From positions 19,323-83,322 of the IMG/VR virus record IMGVR_UViG_3300044770_000059: DNA of 64,000 nucleotides, one strand, 5' to 3'. This DNA comes from a virus. The notes under the pieces are model-generated. The model had not been told where the DNA came from. It saw only the letters and a program-made list of their open reading frames with translations, and did not search any database. The translations under genes were made by a program, and so were the position numbers. Positions 8,976 through 17,756 of this stretch are shown piece by piece (positions within the stretch are counted from its first letter, which is position 1; the number at the start of each line of letters is the position of its first letter).

Positions 8976-8980
8976 GCGTG

Positions 8981-9349
8981 TCAGAGGGCCATAGCGGCCT
9001 CCTCCCGGCCTACGACCTCGACTGGTATCCCGCGCCTCCGCGCCTCGTCAATACAGTCCTGAGTCCCTCGTGAGCCCAGGGAAAAGGCGATCACCCTGTC
9101 TGGCTCCAGGTCGAGCATGGCTCGGTTACGACGTGGGCCGGCAGACTTGCCATAGCGATTCCACATCGCGTAAACAACGGCGGTGTGCAGCCCACCAAGG
9201 GTGGCCGCCTTCATCGCCAGTTGGTCTGCCCCGTCGGCCGCACCAGCGATCACTATGCAGTCCGGAGGCAGCTCCTCGATCCGCCTCGCGATCGTCGCCA
9301 TGTCGGTCCAGCCCCGACTCCCGCAAACGACCACACGCGACGGCCTCAT
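8981..9349 (-). CDS. YspA/DUF2493-like SLOG-family protein
   Basis: RVVVCGSRGW...VIAGAADGADQLA...GKSAGPRRNRAML...GSRGTQDCIDEARRRGIPV. Confidence 0.85.
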   Translation of the reverse strand: MRPSRVVVCGSRGWTDMATIARRIEELPPDCIVIAGAADGADQLAMKAATLGGLHTAVVYAMWNRYGKSAGPRRNRAMLDLEPDRVIAFSLGSRGTQDCIDEARRRGIPVEVVGREEAAMAL

Positions 9350-9514
9350 GGAGCCTCCCTCTGCTCGCGAAGCGCCCTCGCCTCTCGGGTAGGGCGCGCG
9401 TCCTGCCTCCTCCCGGGCAGGGACTTCTCGCATAGGTAGCAGCAAGGTCGCCAGGCGACTCGCCGGCGGCGCAGAGTGCGCCTGGAGCCGGGGTGCCTCG
9501 GCGGCCTCACTCAA

Positions 9515-9730
9515 TCAATCCTCGTAGTGGATCGGGGTGGTCGTTTCGCTGAGTGACTCATCTTCTGGCGATCTCGGGACCGCGCCATCGAAGCCGCCCA
9601 TCAGCTCCATGTCGGGCTTTGGATACAGCGGCACCAATCTCGTGGGAGCCGGGGGGTTGGTGGGCGTCTTCAACGCTGAGAGCGCGCCTTCATTCAAGCG
9701 CGGGAAACGACGGCGGCCGAAGAGCCTCAT
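9515..9730 (-). CDS. Small hypothetical protein
   Basis: ATGA overlap with the nuclease stop. Confidence 0.45.
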   Translation of the reverse strand: MRLFGRRRFPRLNEGALSALKTPTNPPAPTRLVPLYPKPDMELMGGFDGAVPRSPEDESLSETTTPIHYED

Positions 9731-10962
9731 CTTCTGATCGCCACCAAGGCCGGATTGCTTTTCGCCTTCGTGGCCATCTTCATTACGGCCTCGCGATCGG
9801 ACTCGTCAAGCTCGGCCTCTTCCAGTTTCCCCTTGGTGAGCGAGATGAGCTGGAAGAAGATCGGCCCGAGCAGATCGAGAGCCGCGCGCATCGACTCCGG
9901 CTCCCACTTATCCCGGCTTCGCTCGGAGAGCCGGTAACCCAGCTCCTCGCGCGTCGTCTTCGGGAGGGAGCGCAGCACACCTTTGACCTGTCTCTCGTAC
10001 TCCTCCAGGGCCTTCTTGCCGTCGCCGGCGGGCTTAAGGAGGTTGACGAAGCGAGAGAGGTCACTGGCATCGACCAGGGTATCGCCTAGATCAAGCCCGT
10101 CGATCTCCTCGCGCTGCGCCTTGATTTTGGTCTGCGCAAAATCCGACAGCCGGGGGACCACCGGGCAACTCATCAGGATCTCGCAGTAGGCGCACCACTG
10201 GTTAAAGCGGGCTCTCGGCAGACCGTCCTCCTCGACCTCCTCGTTCTTCAGGATCGTCGTCACCTGGCGGATGAGCCAGCGCTTGATGCTCTTTCGCTGG
10301 GCCTCGGCCTTGCGGGTATAGAGCGGCCCGTGGACGAGCTGGTCATAGACCTGTTCGAGGCGCTCACACTCTGGCCAAATCTCGTGGATCGCCCAGTTGT
10401 AGGCCCACATCTGAGTGTCCTCGTTGACCTCTTTCTGGGTCTTCGCCCACTTGCTCGACTTGTAGTCGATCGCAAGGAAGGCACCCGGGTCGTCAATCCG
10501 CTGGTAGAGCCGATCCAACTTGAAGCGGAAGTAGATCTGGATCTCACCGGAGCCTCTGCAATCGTCGCAACCCGGTGTCTCCATCTCCGTGCCGACGCAA
10601 TTGCAGGGCCATTTCATCAGCGGCACGCGGAAGTCTTGCTCGGCCGCGACCGTTCTGACGCCGAGGTAGTCGCGCTCGTGGTAGGTGGCCAGGTCTCTGT
10701 CCATGCGGTCCACATCGTCGGGCTCCAGCCACTTCCCGTACTCATCGAACGCGGCCTGGGCAGCCTGCTCATCGGTCAGGTCATCGGCCTCGACCAAGTG
10801 CAGGGCCTTGTGAATCGCCGACCCGTAGGCGCTGTTTGGCCCCTCGGCCTCGGGGCGCTCCCCCTCCTCGGTGTGGCGGTCCATGCCAAAGGCCATGCGC
10901 CTTCTGCAATCCCGGTATTGGTTGATATCGGAGATTCCAATTGCATCACCTGGTAGTCGCAT
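9727..10962 (-). CDS. PD-(D/E)XK exonuclease, AddB/RecB/Cas4-like
   Basis: YRDCRRR...YGSAIHKALH...FKLDRL...IDYKSS...QMWAY...QWCAYCEILMSCP. Confidence 0.85.
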   Translation of the reverse strand: MRLPGDAIGISDINQYRDCRRRMAFGMDRHTEEGERPEAEGPNSAYGSAIHKALHLVEADDLTDEQAAQAAFDEYGKWLEPDDVDRMDRDLATYHERDYLGVRTVAAEQDFRVPLMKWPCNCVGTEMETPGCDDCRGSGEIQIYFRFKLDRLYQRIDDPGAFLAIDYKSSKWAKTQKEVNEDTQMWAYNWAIHEIWPECERLEQVYDQLVHGPLYTRKAEAQRKSIKRWLIRQVTTILKNEEVEEDGLPRARFNQWCAYCEILMSCPVVPRLSDFAQTKIKAQREEIDGLDLGDTLVDASDLSRFVNLLKPAGDGKKALEEYERQVKGVLRSLPKTTREELGYRLSERSRDKWEPESMRAALDLLGPIFFQLISLTKGKLEEAELDESDREAVMKMATKAKSNPALVAIRR

Positions 10963-11083
10963 ATGCCTCCGTCCGATCGCGTGTTTAGGTTGCTTCCTCC
11001 TGACGGGCGGTCGCCTCCAAATCCCCGGCCGCCATCCCGTCCCTGAAGTTGAGCCTCCGCCAATCCACATCCCCGGCGGGGGC

Positions 11084-11446
11084 TCAACTCGTTTCGAGCT
11101 TGATCCTCGTCACCGCCTCTCCGGTTTCTCTCTCGAAGACCAGCTCGCCGAAGGTGAAGAACTCCGGCGTATCGTCCTCAATCCAACCGCCTCCGTGGAG
11201 GGCATCGCCCAGCGCCTTCTCCAGGATGGCCCGGAAGTTGCCTTCGTCCCGCCGACGGCGGGCGGGGAACCGAAGGCTTGCCGTAGCGTGCGCCGCGCCG
11301 AGTCCCTTCGGCACCCGTCTGTGGAGCAGGGCGATCATGCAGAAGCCTTCCCACGCCTGCTTCTCCCTACGCCATCTGGTCCAATGCGCATGGGAGAGGT
11401 TGTTGATCGACGGCGGGGTGCCGGGGATCTCGATCTCGTAGATCAC
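11084..11446 (-). CDS. rusA: RusA-like Holliday junction resolvase
   Basis: IPGTPPSINN...RRRRDEGNF...KALGDAL...IEDD. Confidence 0.8.
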   Translation of the reverse strand: MIYEIEIPGTPPSINNLSHAHWTRWRREKQAWEGFCMIALLHRRVPKGLGAAHATASLRFPARRRRDEGNFRAILEKALGDALHGGGWIEDDTPEFFTFGELVFERETGEAVTRIKLETS

Positions 11447-12381
11447 CCTCGTTCGAGTTTCCTGATGATCGTCTTCAGCGCCGGCAGGTCGAGCGTGTCG
11501 AGGGTGCCCATTCTTCGCTGGGTAGCCCACCCCTGGAACTCGACCCGCTTGTCGTCGGGCAGGGCTCTCAGGAGCTGAGCCGCCTGGTTGCGTAGCTCCG
11601 CCTCTTGGACCTCCAGCGGCCGGGTGTCGTTGGCCTCCATCAGGGTCGGCTGAGGCGTGCTGCTGCCGGTGCTGGCGGCCATTTCCTGAATGTCCTCGGC
11701 GCTCGCGACGCCGGACCCGGGCACGACTAGCATGCCGGCCAGGCCCAGGGCTCGGCCGATCGCGCCAGTCTCCGCCTTCATCAGCGCGTTCTCATCCGCG
11801 CCTCGTTTGCCGATCGTCGGGATCTGCTTCGTGGCCGGTGTCCCGCGCATGATGATCTTGCCGGTGAGGACGAACTGCTCCTCGCCGGTGCGCTTGTCGA
11901 TCGTCGTCCGCTCATACTTCACGGAGTCCCTGTCGTAGATGATGGCCTGCATCGAGCAGCAGACGAAGTTGGTCTGGGTGCTGCCGTTGTGGACGGCCAT
12001 CGAGAAGAAGCCCTTCGGCAGGCGGGGATCGGATTGCTCGGGCTCGACCGGCTCGATCATCCCCAGCCAGTCCTCATGCTGGGCCAGGTAGTCGTGCCAG
12101 TAGAGCATCCTGGTCTCGACCTTCGGGTAGGGCGTATAGACCTCATGCCAGACCTCCTCCTTCACCGGCTTCGGCCCGTTCCAACCGAGGATGACGTGCT
12201 CCTTCTCGCCCTGGGAGATCAGGGTGATGCCGGGGATGTAGCGGCCGACGACCATCCCGTCGTGAACGGGAACGTTGGCCTTGCACCATTCCCCGAACTC
12301 CTCCGGTGTCGGTCGCTGATTGAACCATCTCGATCCCTCGCGACCGATGCGAGGCGATGAGGTCGGCGGCGTTCCCTCCAT
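11443..12381 (-). CDS. Single-strand annealing recombinase (Rad52/Sak-like)
   Basis: ALMKAETGAIGRALGLAG...ASAEDI motif; next to the exonuclease and resolvase. Confidence 0.6.
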   Translation of the reverse strand: MEGTPPTSSPRIGREGSRWFNQRPTPEEFGEWCKANVPVHDGMVVGRYIPGITLISQGEKEHVILGWNGPKPVKEEVWHEVYTPYPKVETRMLYWHDYLAQHEDWLGMIEPVEPEQSDPRLPKGFFSMAVHNGSTQTNFVCCSMQAIIYDRDSVKYERTTIDKRTGEEQFVLTGKIIMRGTPATKQIPTIGKRGADENALMKAETGAIGRALGLAGMLVVPGSGVASAEDIQEMAASTGSSTPQPTLMEANDTRPLEVQEAELRNQAAQLLRALPDDKRVEFQGWATQRRMGTLDTLDLPALKTIIRKLERG

Positions 12382-12483
12382 TTTGCGATCTCCTTTCGGT
12401 GTACGTGGCCGCACACCCTACGCTCGTCTACGGACACTGGTAGCCTGGCCCGCGTTCTATCAAATCCCAACCAGGAGGATCAA

Positions 12484-12732
12484 ATGGAGACACCAGAAGG
12501 CGGTCAGCCCGCCGAGCCGCAGGAGCCCGAGGCTCCCGAGGTCGAGTCTCCACAGGGACAGCCCGAGCCGGAGGCCCCCGTGTCGCCGGCCGAGGGGGAG
12601 GGGCAGCCCGCCGAGGGTCAGCCCGAGCAGCCGAGCGAGCCGGAGACCCCTGAGTCTCCCGCCGAGCCGGAGGCCCCCGCCGAGCCCGAGGCTCCCAGCG
12701 AGCCCGAGCCGGAGGCCCCACAGGGGGAGTAA
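12484..12732 (+). CDS. Acidic low-complexity (E/P/A/Q/G/S) protein, the only plus-strand CDS
   Basis: AGGAGG SD upstream, followed by a terminator; no Lys, Arg or aromatic residues. Confidence 0.75.
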   Translation: METPEGGQPAEPQEPEAPEVESPQGQPEPEAPVSPAEGEGQPAEGQPEQPSEPETPESPAEPEAPAEPEAPSEPEPEAPQGE

Positions 12733-12756
12733 ACGCCCCCTCCCAGCGGATTGTAC

Positions 12757-12786
12757 GAAAGAGGGGGGCGAACGCCCCCCTCTTTC
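12757..12786. terminator. Bidirectional intrinsic terminator
   Basis: Perfect 14-bp inverted repeat GAAAGAGGGGGGCG/CGCCCCCCTCTTTC between convergent genes. Confidence 0.85.
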
Positions 12787-12836
12787 TGTGTGAACGGCGC
12801 AGCGGGACTTGCGGCTGCTATGTCCGGGGAACGCTA

Positions 12837-13973
12837 CTAGGACCGTCCGCCGGAAACTCGGGATCTCTTGTGCAGGCTGCCGGCGGAGTAGCCCAGCGGG
12901 GCGATTCTTCCCGTAGGTGGGGTCACGCCATCACTCGCGGTCGTTAGATCGAAATCCGAATTGCCAAAAAACCGCCCTCCCGCTGCGCCGTGGCCGGTGA
13001 ACGGGTTGGCGTTGAACTCATCCTCGGAGTTGAAATAGGTTTCGTCGGTCATCAACCAATACTGGCTGAAATCACCTGGGGTCCGGCCTGGCATCTCTAG
13101 CTTGACCACGGTACAGGCAAGAAACTCCGTGTAATTCGGGACAGGGATCGTCTGATTGGGGCCGTCTAGCAGACCTTCGTATCTTGAGATCGAAATTTCG
13201 TCCCAAGTGCTTCTGCCAGGGTCGATCCAGAGCACCCAAACAACATCAGGTTTAGGGAGGGTGTCGCTTGGGACCACAGAAACCGGCGTTCCTGGGGGTG
13301 GACCAAACTCATGGAAGCTGAATCTAAATGGCTGAAAACCAGGGTGAAGTATGTTCTGGTGTGGGTAAGACTCAGGGTCAATGGAATAAACTTCAAGCAG
13401 TGAGAGATATGAGGGGAGGCTCGGGTAGTCGATCGACAAAACATGTGGCTCCCGGAATATGACCCTGAACTCGGGGTAGCGACTGATTGAGATCCGCTTG
13501 TTAGTGCGGTTCGTGAATCTGCGATACCGAGCAGGGAGGAAGGCGTCCTTGAAGGTCTCGGCGATGCCCTCGATAATGCGATTTCTCCATTCCGTCCCGC
13601 TGGGCTGAAGCTCATCGAGGTCGTCGCTGGCGGCTCCGAACATTTCAGCGATCACTACCCGCGAGGCTCTAGGCAGAGCGGCGTAGAAGGCATGGCCCAG
13701 CTCATGTGCGAAGACCTCCTGGAGGAAAGCCATCCCTCTATATGGACCGCCCCAATTCGGCGCGATTGAGGCGATTTTGATAGTGGCCTGTGTCGATCCA
13801 TAGCCCCACTCGGTTGCTGCAAACTCATTGTGCTGTGCGGGGTCCGGGTTGTCTACGAACTCGATCGTCAGGTCGAGCGGGATCGCGTCGAAGGGGAGGT
13901 TCAGCAGGTTGTGCGCAACGTTTTGACAAGCGCTCTTCTGGAGATCGTTACCGTTGACGAAGGTGAGGTCCAT
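12837..13973 (-). CDS. Gluzincin-type metallopeptidase-domain protein, last gene of the tail module
   Basis: EVFAHELGH (HEXXH) plus downstream EGIAET. Confidence 0.65.
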   Translation of the reverse strand: MDLTFVNGNDLQKSACQNVAHNLLNLPFDAIPLDLTIEFVDNPDPAQHNEFAATEWGYGSTQATIKIASIAPNWGGPYRGMAFLQEVFAHELGHAFYAALPRASRVVIAEMFGAASDDLDELQPSGTEWRNRIIEGIAETFKDAFLPARYRRFTNRTNKRISISRYPEFRVIFREPHVLSIDYPSLPSYLSLLEVYSIDPESYPHQNILHPGFQPFRFSFHEFGPPPGTPVSVVPSDTLPKPDVVWVLWIDPGRSTWDEISISRYEGLLDGPNQTIPVPNYTEFLACTVVKLEMPGRTPGDFSQYWLMTDETYFNSEDEFNANPFTGHGAAGGRFFGNSDFDLTTASDGVTPPTGRIAPLGYSAGSLHKRSRVSGGRS

Positions 13974-14819
13974 CTACATCCCGCGCGGGACAAGCTGACC
14001 GGTCGAAGGCGGTGGGGTGCCTTCTTTGACCGTGACCGTTTCCACGTCCCTGCCATAGGTTATTGGCGGCGGCTCCAAGAGGACTCTCGTCCCCGAGCGC
14101 GAAGTCTGGTCAGCCCCATTGCCGGTGATGTCCTCGACCTCAGTAGAGATATTCGTCTGGCCGAACATCCAGGCTGCAACGGGCGTTTTAAGCTGGATTT
14201 GCCCATCGTCAACGTCCGCCCATCTACGCAGTTCATCGACGGCGACCAGTGATTTGATGTTTGCCCCCGACACTTCGGTTGGCCAAACTGCGGCAGCGGC
14301 TATGTCAAGTCCGAGGGGCCGCGTCCCACCGTCATCCTGGCCGAATACGAACAGGCCGTCACTGTCAAGGAAGAGGGTTCCAAGGGCACCCACAAGCCCC
14401 TCACCGTCGTTATCCCATTGCTGGTCCGTGAAGTCATATACCCAGAAGTCACCCTCGGTCACGACGATAAGACGCCAGTGGTCATCGAAGTCGATCGGCA
14501 ACGAGGAAACCCCGTCCTGACCGCCTACTATAAACATGACATGGCCATCGCTGCGAATACCGAGGATGAGGTCATCTAAGTCACCATCGCCGAATGCAAG
14601 AATTGCACTGTCCTCTGATGGTTGTGTCTGAATACGGACAATGGCTGCAATGGTGACCGACTCGGGAGCCTGCGTCATCGCGCCCTTGGCGCATCTGATG
14701 TAGTCGCCGCTTGTGAACCTTCGAGTTGGCTCGAAAATAGGGCTGTCTGTTGCGTCCGGCCCCAACCCCATTCTCAGTGGGGACTGATCTGGGTCTATGA
14801 CAATTCTAGGCCAGGCCAT
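13974..14819 (-). CDS. Minor tail protein with ConA/LamG-like domain
   Basis: SVTIAAIVR...AILAFG...WRLIVVT...DIAAAAVW beta-sandwich pattern. Confidence 0.55.
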   Translation of the reverse strand: MAWPRIVIDPDQSPLRMGLGPDATDSPIFEPTRRFTSGDYIRCAKGAMTQAPESVTIAAIVRIQTQPSEDSAILAFGDGDLDDLILGIRSDGHVMFIVGGQDGVSSLPIDFDDHWRLIVVTEGDFWVYDFTDQQWDNDGEGLVGALGTLFLDSDGLFVFGQDDGGTRPLGLDIAAAAVWPTEVSGANIKSLVAVDELRRWADVDDGQIQLKTPVAAWMFGQTNISTEVEDITGNGADQTSRSGTRVLLEPPPITYGRDVETVTVKEGTPPPSTGQLVPRGM

Positions 14820-15682
14820 TAGGCTTCATGGGGAAGGCAAATGTTTTCATTGGTGAGGGTCAGAGCACCCACATAACTGTAGCCTTGCATTGTAAACGTA
14901 ACCGGAAGTCGCAAATATTCGATGTCCCCCTCTACGTCAGGGATAATCCCCGTGTCCCCAGACCCAACTATCCCAGAACGAAACCCCGCATACACACGAA
15001 CAGGTGAACTTGGTTGTGGATCGGCCAGCCGCATTCGTGTTGGGCATACATGACCATTCACTCCGGCAACCGTTGATGCCGTGTGGACAAGGGGTTTATC
15101 GGAGGCCCACACTCCACTCGTCATTACCTGGGTACCGACGTAGGGATTCGTGCTTTGTGATTTTCCTACAATCAAAGCATTTATGTACGCCCCACCCGGG
15201 TCCCGGAGGCGCTCAACCCAAAGCCAGTTAAGGCGATCCGCACCAGATGTATAGCCAGTAGAAAAAATGCCAAAAGCCCCTTTATAGAAGTAAATATAGA
15301 TATAGCCCGTGCCAGAAGGGTTGTTGGCGCACGCCCCGGTCATCTCGGTGCTGGGAGTAGTCAGTGTTCCCGACCCGTCACTACCAAGGCCAACCGTGAG
15401 CCTAATGACGAAAACGGTACTCGGATTCCCAGTGTAGTATGCGACCTTGAGAAAAACCGGCTGTGTCGCTTGTAGGGCGTCATCGAAGCGCCAAATCTCA
15501 TATCCGATGAGCGTGAGGGTAGTTCTGGGATTCACCGCTCTACTGGGGTCAATCTGTCCGGTATCAGCGGTCTGAACAAGACCTACAGCGGCTATCCCGT
15601 CATGGATTTTCTGAATCAACGCCTGGATGTCGGCATCAACTGTGATGTTGTGGACCAGAGTGTTGTCCTCGAAGTAGGCCAT
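14819..15682 (-). CDS. Minor tail / receptor-binding protein
   Basis: Position; G/T/S-rich beta protein; lower GC than its flanks. Confidence 0.5.
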   Translation of the reverse strand: MAYFEDNTLVHNITVDADIQALIQKIHDGIAAVGLVQTADTGQIDPSRAVNPRTTLTLIGYEIWRFDDALQATQPVFLKVAYYTGNPSTVFVIRLTVGLGSDGSGTLTTPSTEMTGACANNPSGTGYIYIYFYKGAFGIFSTGYTSGADRLNWLWVERLRDPGGAYINALIVGKSQSTNPYVGTQVMTSGVWASDKPLVHTASTVAGVNGHVCPTRMRLADPQPSSPVRVYAGFRSGIVGSGDTGIIPDVEGDIEYLRLPVTFTMQGYSYVGALTLTNENICLPHEA

Positions 15683-17295
15683 TACGTTACCTCCGTTGGG
15701 ATATAGAGGAATGCTACGACGACATCCCCGTCTGCGTCGTAGTTGGTTATATTCAAATAGATCTGATTGACCTCTGGCTCATCAAGGTTCGCCACATCGA
15801 CCAGCGGAGTAATTCGGTGGATGCCGCCACTGGCAGTCGTCGTGTTCGCGTAATCCAGTTGGACTCCGTGGTCGCCGGCGGGGTCGGTGCCGATCGCCCG
15901 GGCAACATCGGCCAAGAGGGCTTCCTCATCACCGTAGGCTCGCACGCGAGCCCGCTTATTCGTGCTGACCCTCATCAGACGAATACCGGCACCGCCCTCG
16001 AAGGGGGTGCTTCCCGACGCGCCAGACGCAAGGTTGAGGGTCGCCGAGGCCCAGGCCCGCTCCTCCATCGCTCCTCCGGCCCCTCCGATCGTAATTCTCG
16101 CTACCCCGGCCAGGGGCTCTGCCACCCCAACGGTGATGCCCCCTGACCCGATGAACTCCAGGATCTCGGCGGGATCAACTACGTTCGTTCCATCCTCGAC
16201 GCGAATCGCGGCCGAGGTCCCAGAAGCACCACCACCGCCGGCTATCGGGTCCCAGTCCGCTGCATCCTCGGCTGTCGCGCCGAACACCCCGTAGAGTTTG
16301 CGTTCGCTAAGAGAGAGGCGGACATCGCCTTGCTCCCCGTCCGCGAGCATAGATGCTGAGGCAACTGGCCGTTTCCAATGCCAGTCAAGGATCTCAACGT
16401 CAGGGTCGATCTTCGGAGCACCACCGTAGGAACGATTCGTATCCGGCGGGCTGGAGTCGAGGAAGTCGAGGGTCTCAAAGATCACGCTTTCGCCGGCCGA
16501 GGCGATCGGGTACTGAGCGAGTAGGGCCGCACCCGTGAAGTCGCCGCTGATCGTGCCGTACAGGTTGATGAAGCTCGCGCTCTGAGAGATCTCGGGCAGC
16601 GTGATCTCGACACGACTCGTACCGAGGGTGGTGTTCACCCCATCGGCGGGAGGATGCACATTGCAGTCGGGGGCAGGCGTGCCGTCATCCAGATAGGAGT
16701 CCTCGCCGATCCCGCCGGTCGCGAGCAAGCCGTAGAGGCCGCCGCCGATCGAGCGGTAGAGCCGCCATCCGACCGCGCCAGCTTCTGCCATACCCTCATC
16801 CAGGTTCGTCAAGAGCACCTGACCGGAGGCGAAGCCGGGCTCTCGTTCAGCCGCAACCGGCGGACCCAGGGGAGTCTCACCACCGTCACCATCAGCGAAT
16901 GTGGTCGCGTAGTAGTAGCTGTTCGCCATCAACGTCCCGCCGCTGTACTGGACCTCGGCCGAGGGGGCATACTGCGGGATCTCAATGGGTGGTGGCGACG
17001 AAATCGTGACCGCTGGAGACAGCTCGGTCTCACCCTGCTGGTCATCCTGAAGCGTGTACCCGAAGGTCATAATCAGGTCAGGGGGGATAACCCCGCCCGA
17101 AGCCAGCGTCGCTGCACTCGGTGCCACGTCTGGATTCAGCAGCCCGTCAGCGCCTGTATGACGATGGGTCTTGATCCCAATCCGCATCCCCCGGTCGATC
17201 TCCAACCGATCACCGTGAAGGAAAACAGCATTCTCGTCGTAGATGCTGTCTGTCGGGTCGAGGGCGGTCAGCCCCATGAACGATGTTTTCTGCAT
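15682..17295 (-). CDS. Tail fibre/spike-associated protein
   Basis: Repeated YYYATTFADGDGGETPLGP / FGYTLQDDQQGETELSP modules and YLDDG motif typical of tail proteins. Confidence 0.6.
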   Translation of the reverse strand: MQKTSFMGLTALDPTDSIYDENAVFLHGDRLEIDRGMRIGIKTHRHTGADGLLNPDVAPSAATLASGGVIPPDLIMTFGYTLQDDQQGETELSPAVTISSPPPIEIPQYAPSAEVQYSGGTLMANSYYYATTFADGDGGETPLGPPVAAEREPGFASGQVLLTNLDEGMAEAGAVGWRLYRSIGGGLYGLLATGGIGEDSYLDDGTPAPDCNVHPPADGVNTTLGTSRVEITLPEISQSASFINLYGTISGDFTGAALLAQYPIASAGESVIFETLDFLDSSPPDTNRSYGGAPKIDPDVEILDWHWKRPVASASMLADGEQGDVRLSLSERKLYGVFGATAEDAADWDPIAGGGGASGTSAAIRVEDGTNVVDPAEILEFIGSGGITVGVAEPLAGVARITIGGAGGAMEERAWASATLNLASGASGSTPFEGGAGIRLMRVSTNKRARVRAYGDEEALLADVARAIGTDPAGDHGVQLDYANTTTASGGIHRITPLVDVANLDEPEVNQIYLNITNYDADGDVVVAFLYIPTEVT

Positions 17296-17756
17296 TAGCT
17301 CACATCCGGGAACGTGCTCGCGGGCTGGCCCCAACCCTGGAAGGTGGCATGAAGACTGCCCCGAAATTTAGTTGCGCGATCGGTCGCCAAAAGACCAATC
17401 GCCAGTTTGCACCCAACGGTCTCACCGCGATCGTTCGTGTTCCACTCCATCACGGCTGCGATCAGACCCACCGGCGTCGGCGTGTCGATCTTGCAGCCGT
17501 AGGTGAAGTGCGGCAGGACCAGCTCGGAGTCGCGGTCGCCGGTGCCGTCAATGAAGACCAGGCCAAACTTCAGGACTGCGTACTGCCAGGCAACGAACTC
17601 CTCGGCTCTTCCCGACACGGCGATCTCGAACTGCTCCTCCATCTCCTGGAGCCCGTCGGCGGCCATCTCCTCGTCGCGCCGGCGAAGATCCTTGACCGCA
17701 CCGATCGTCAGGCCATCCATCGCGCGGCTGAGCTGGTTGGTTCGTGCCCCCGGCAT
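17295..17756 (-). CDS. Minor tail protein
   Basis: Position, translational coupling. Confidence 0.5.
   Translation of the reverse strand: MPGARTNQLSRAMDGLTIGAVKDLRRRDEEMAADGLQEMEEQFEIAVSGRAEEFVAWQYAVLKFGLVFIDGTGDRDSELVLPHFTYGCKIDTPTPVGLIAAVMEWNTNDRGETVGCKLAIGLLATDRATKFRGSLHATFQGWGQPASTFPDVS

Noticed and set aside
9727-10962. Cas4-like gene as part of a CRISPR-Cas locus
   Set aside because: No cas1/cas2 and no array; the context is a phage recombination module
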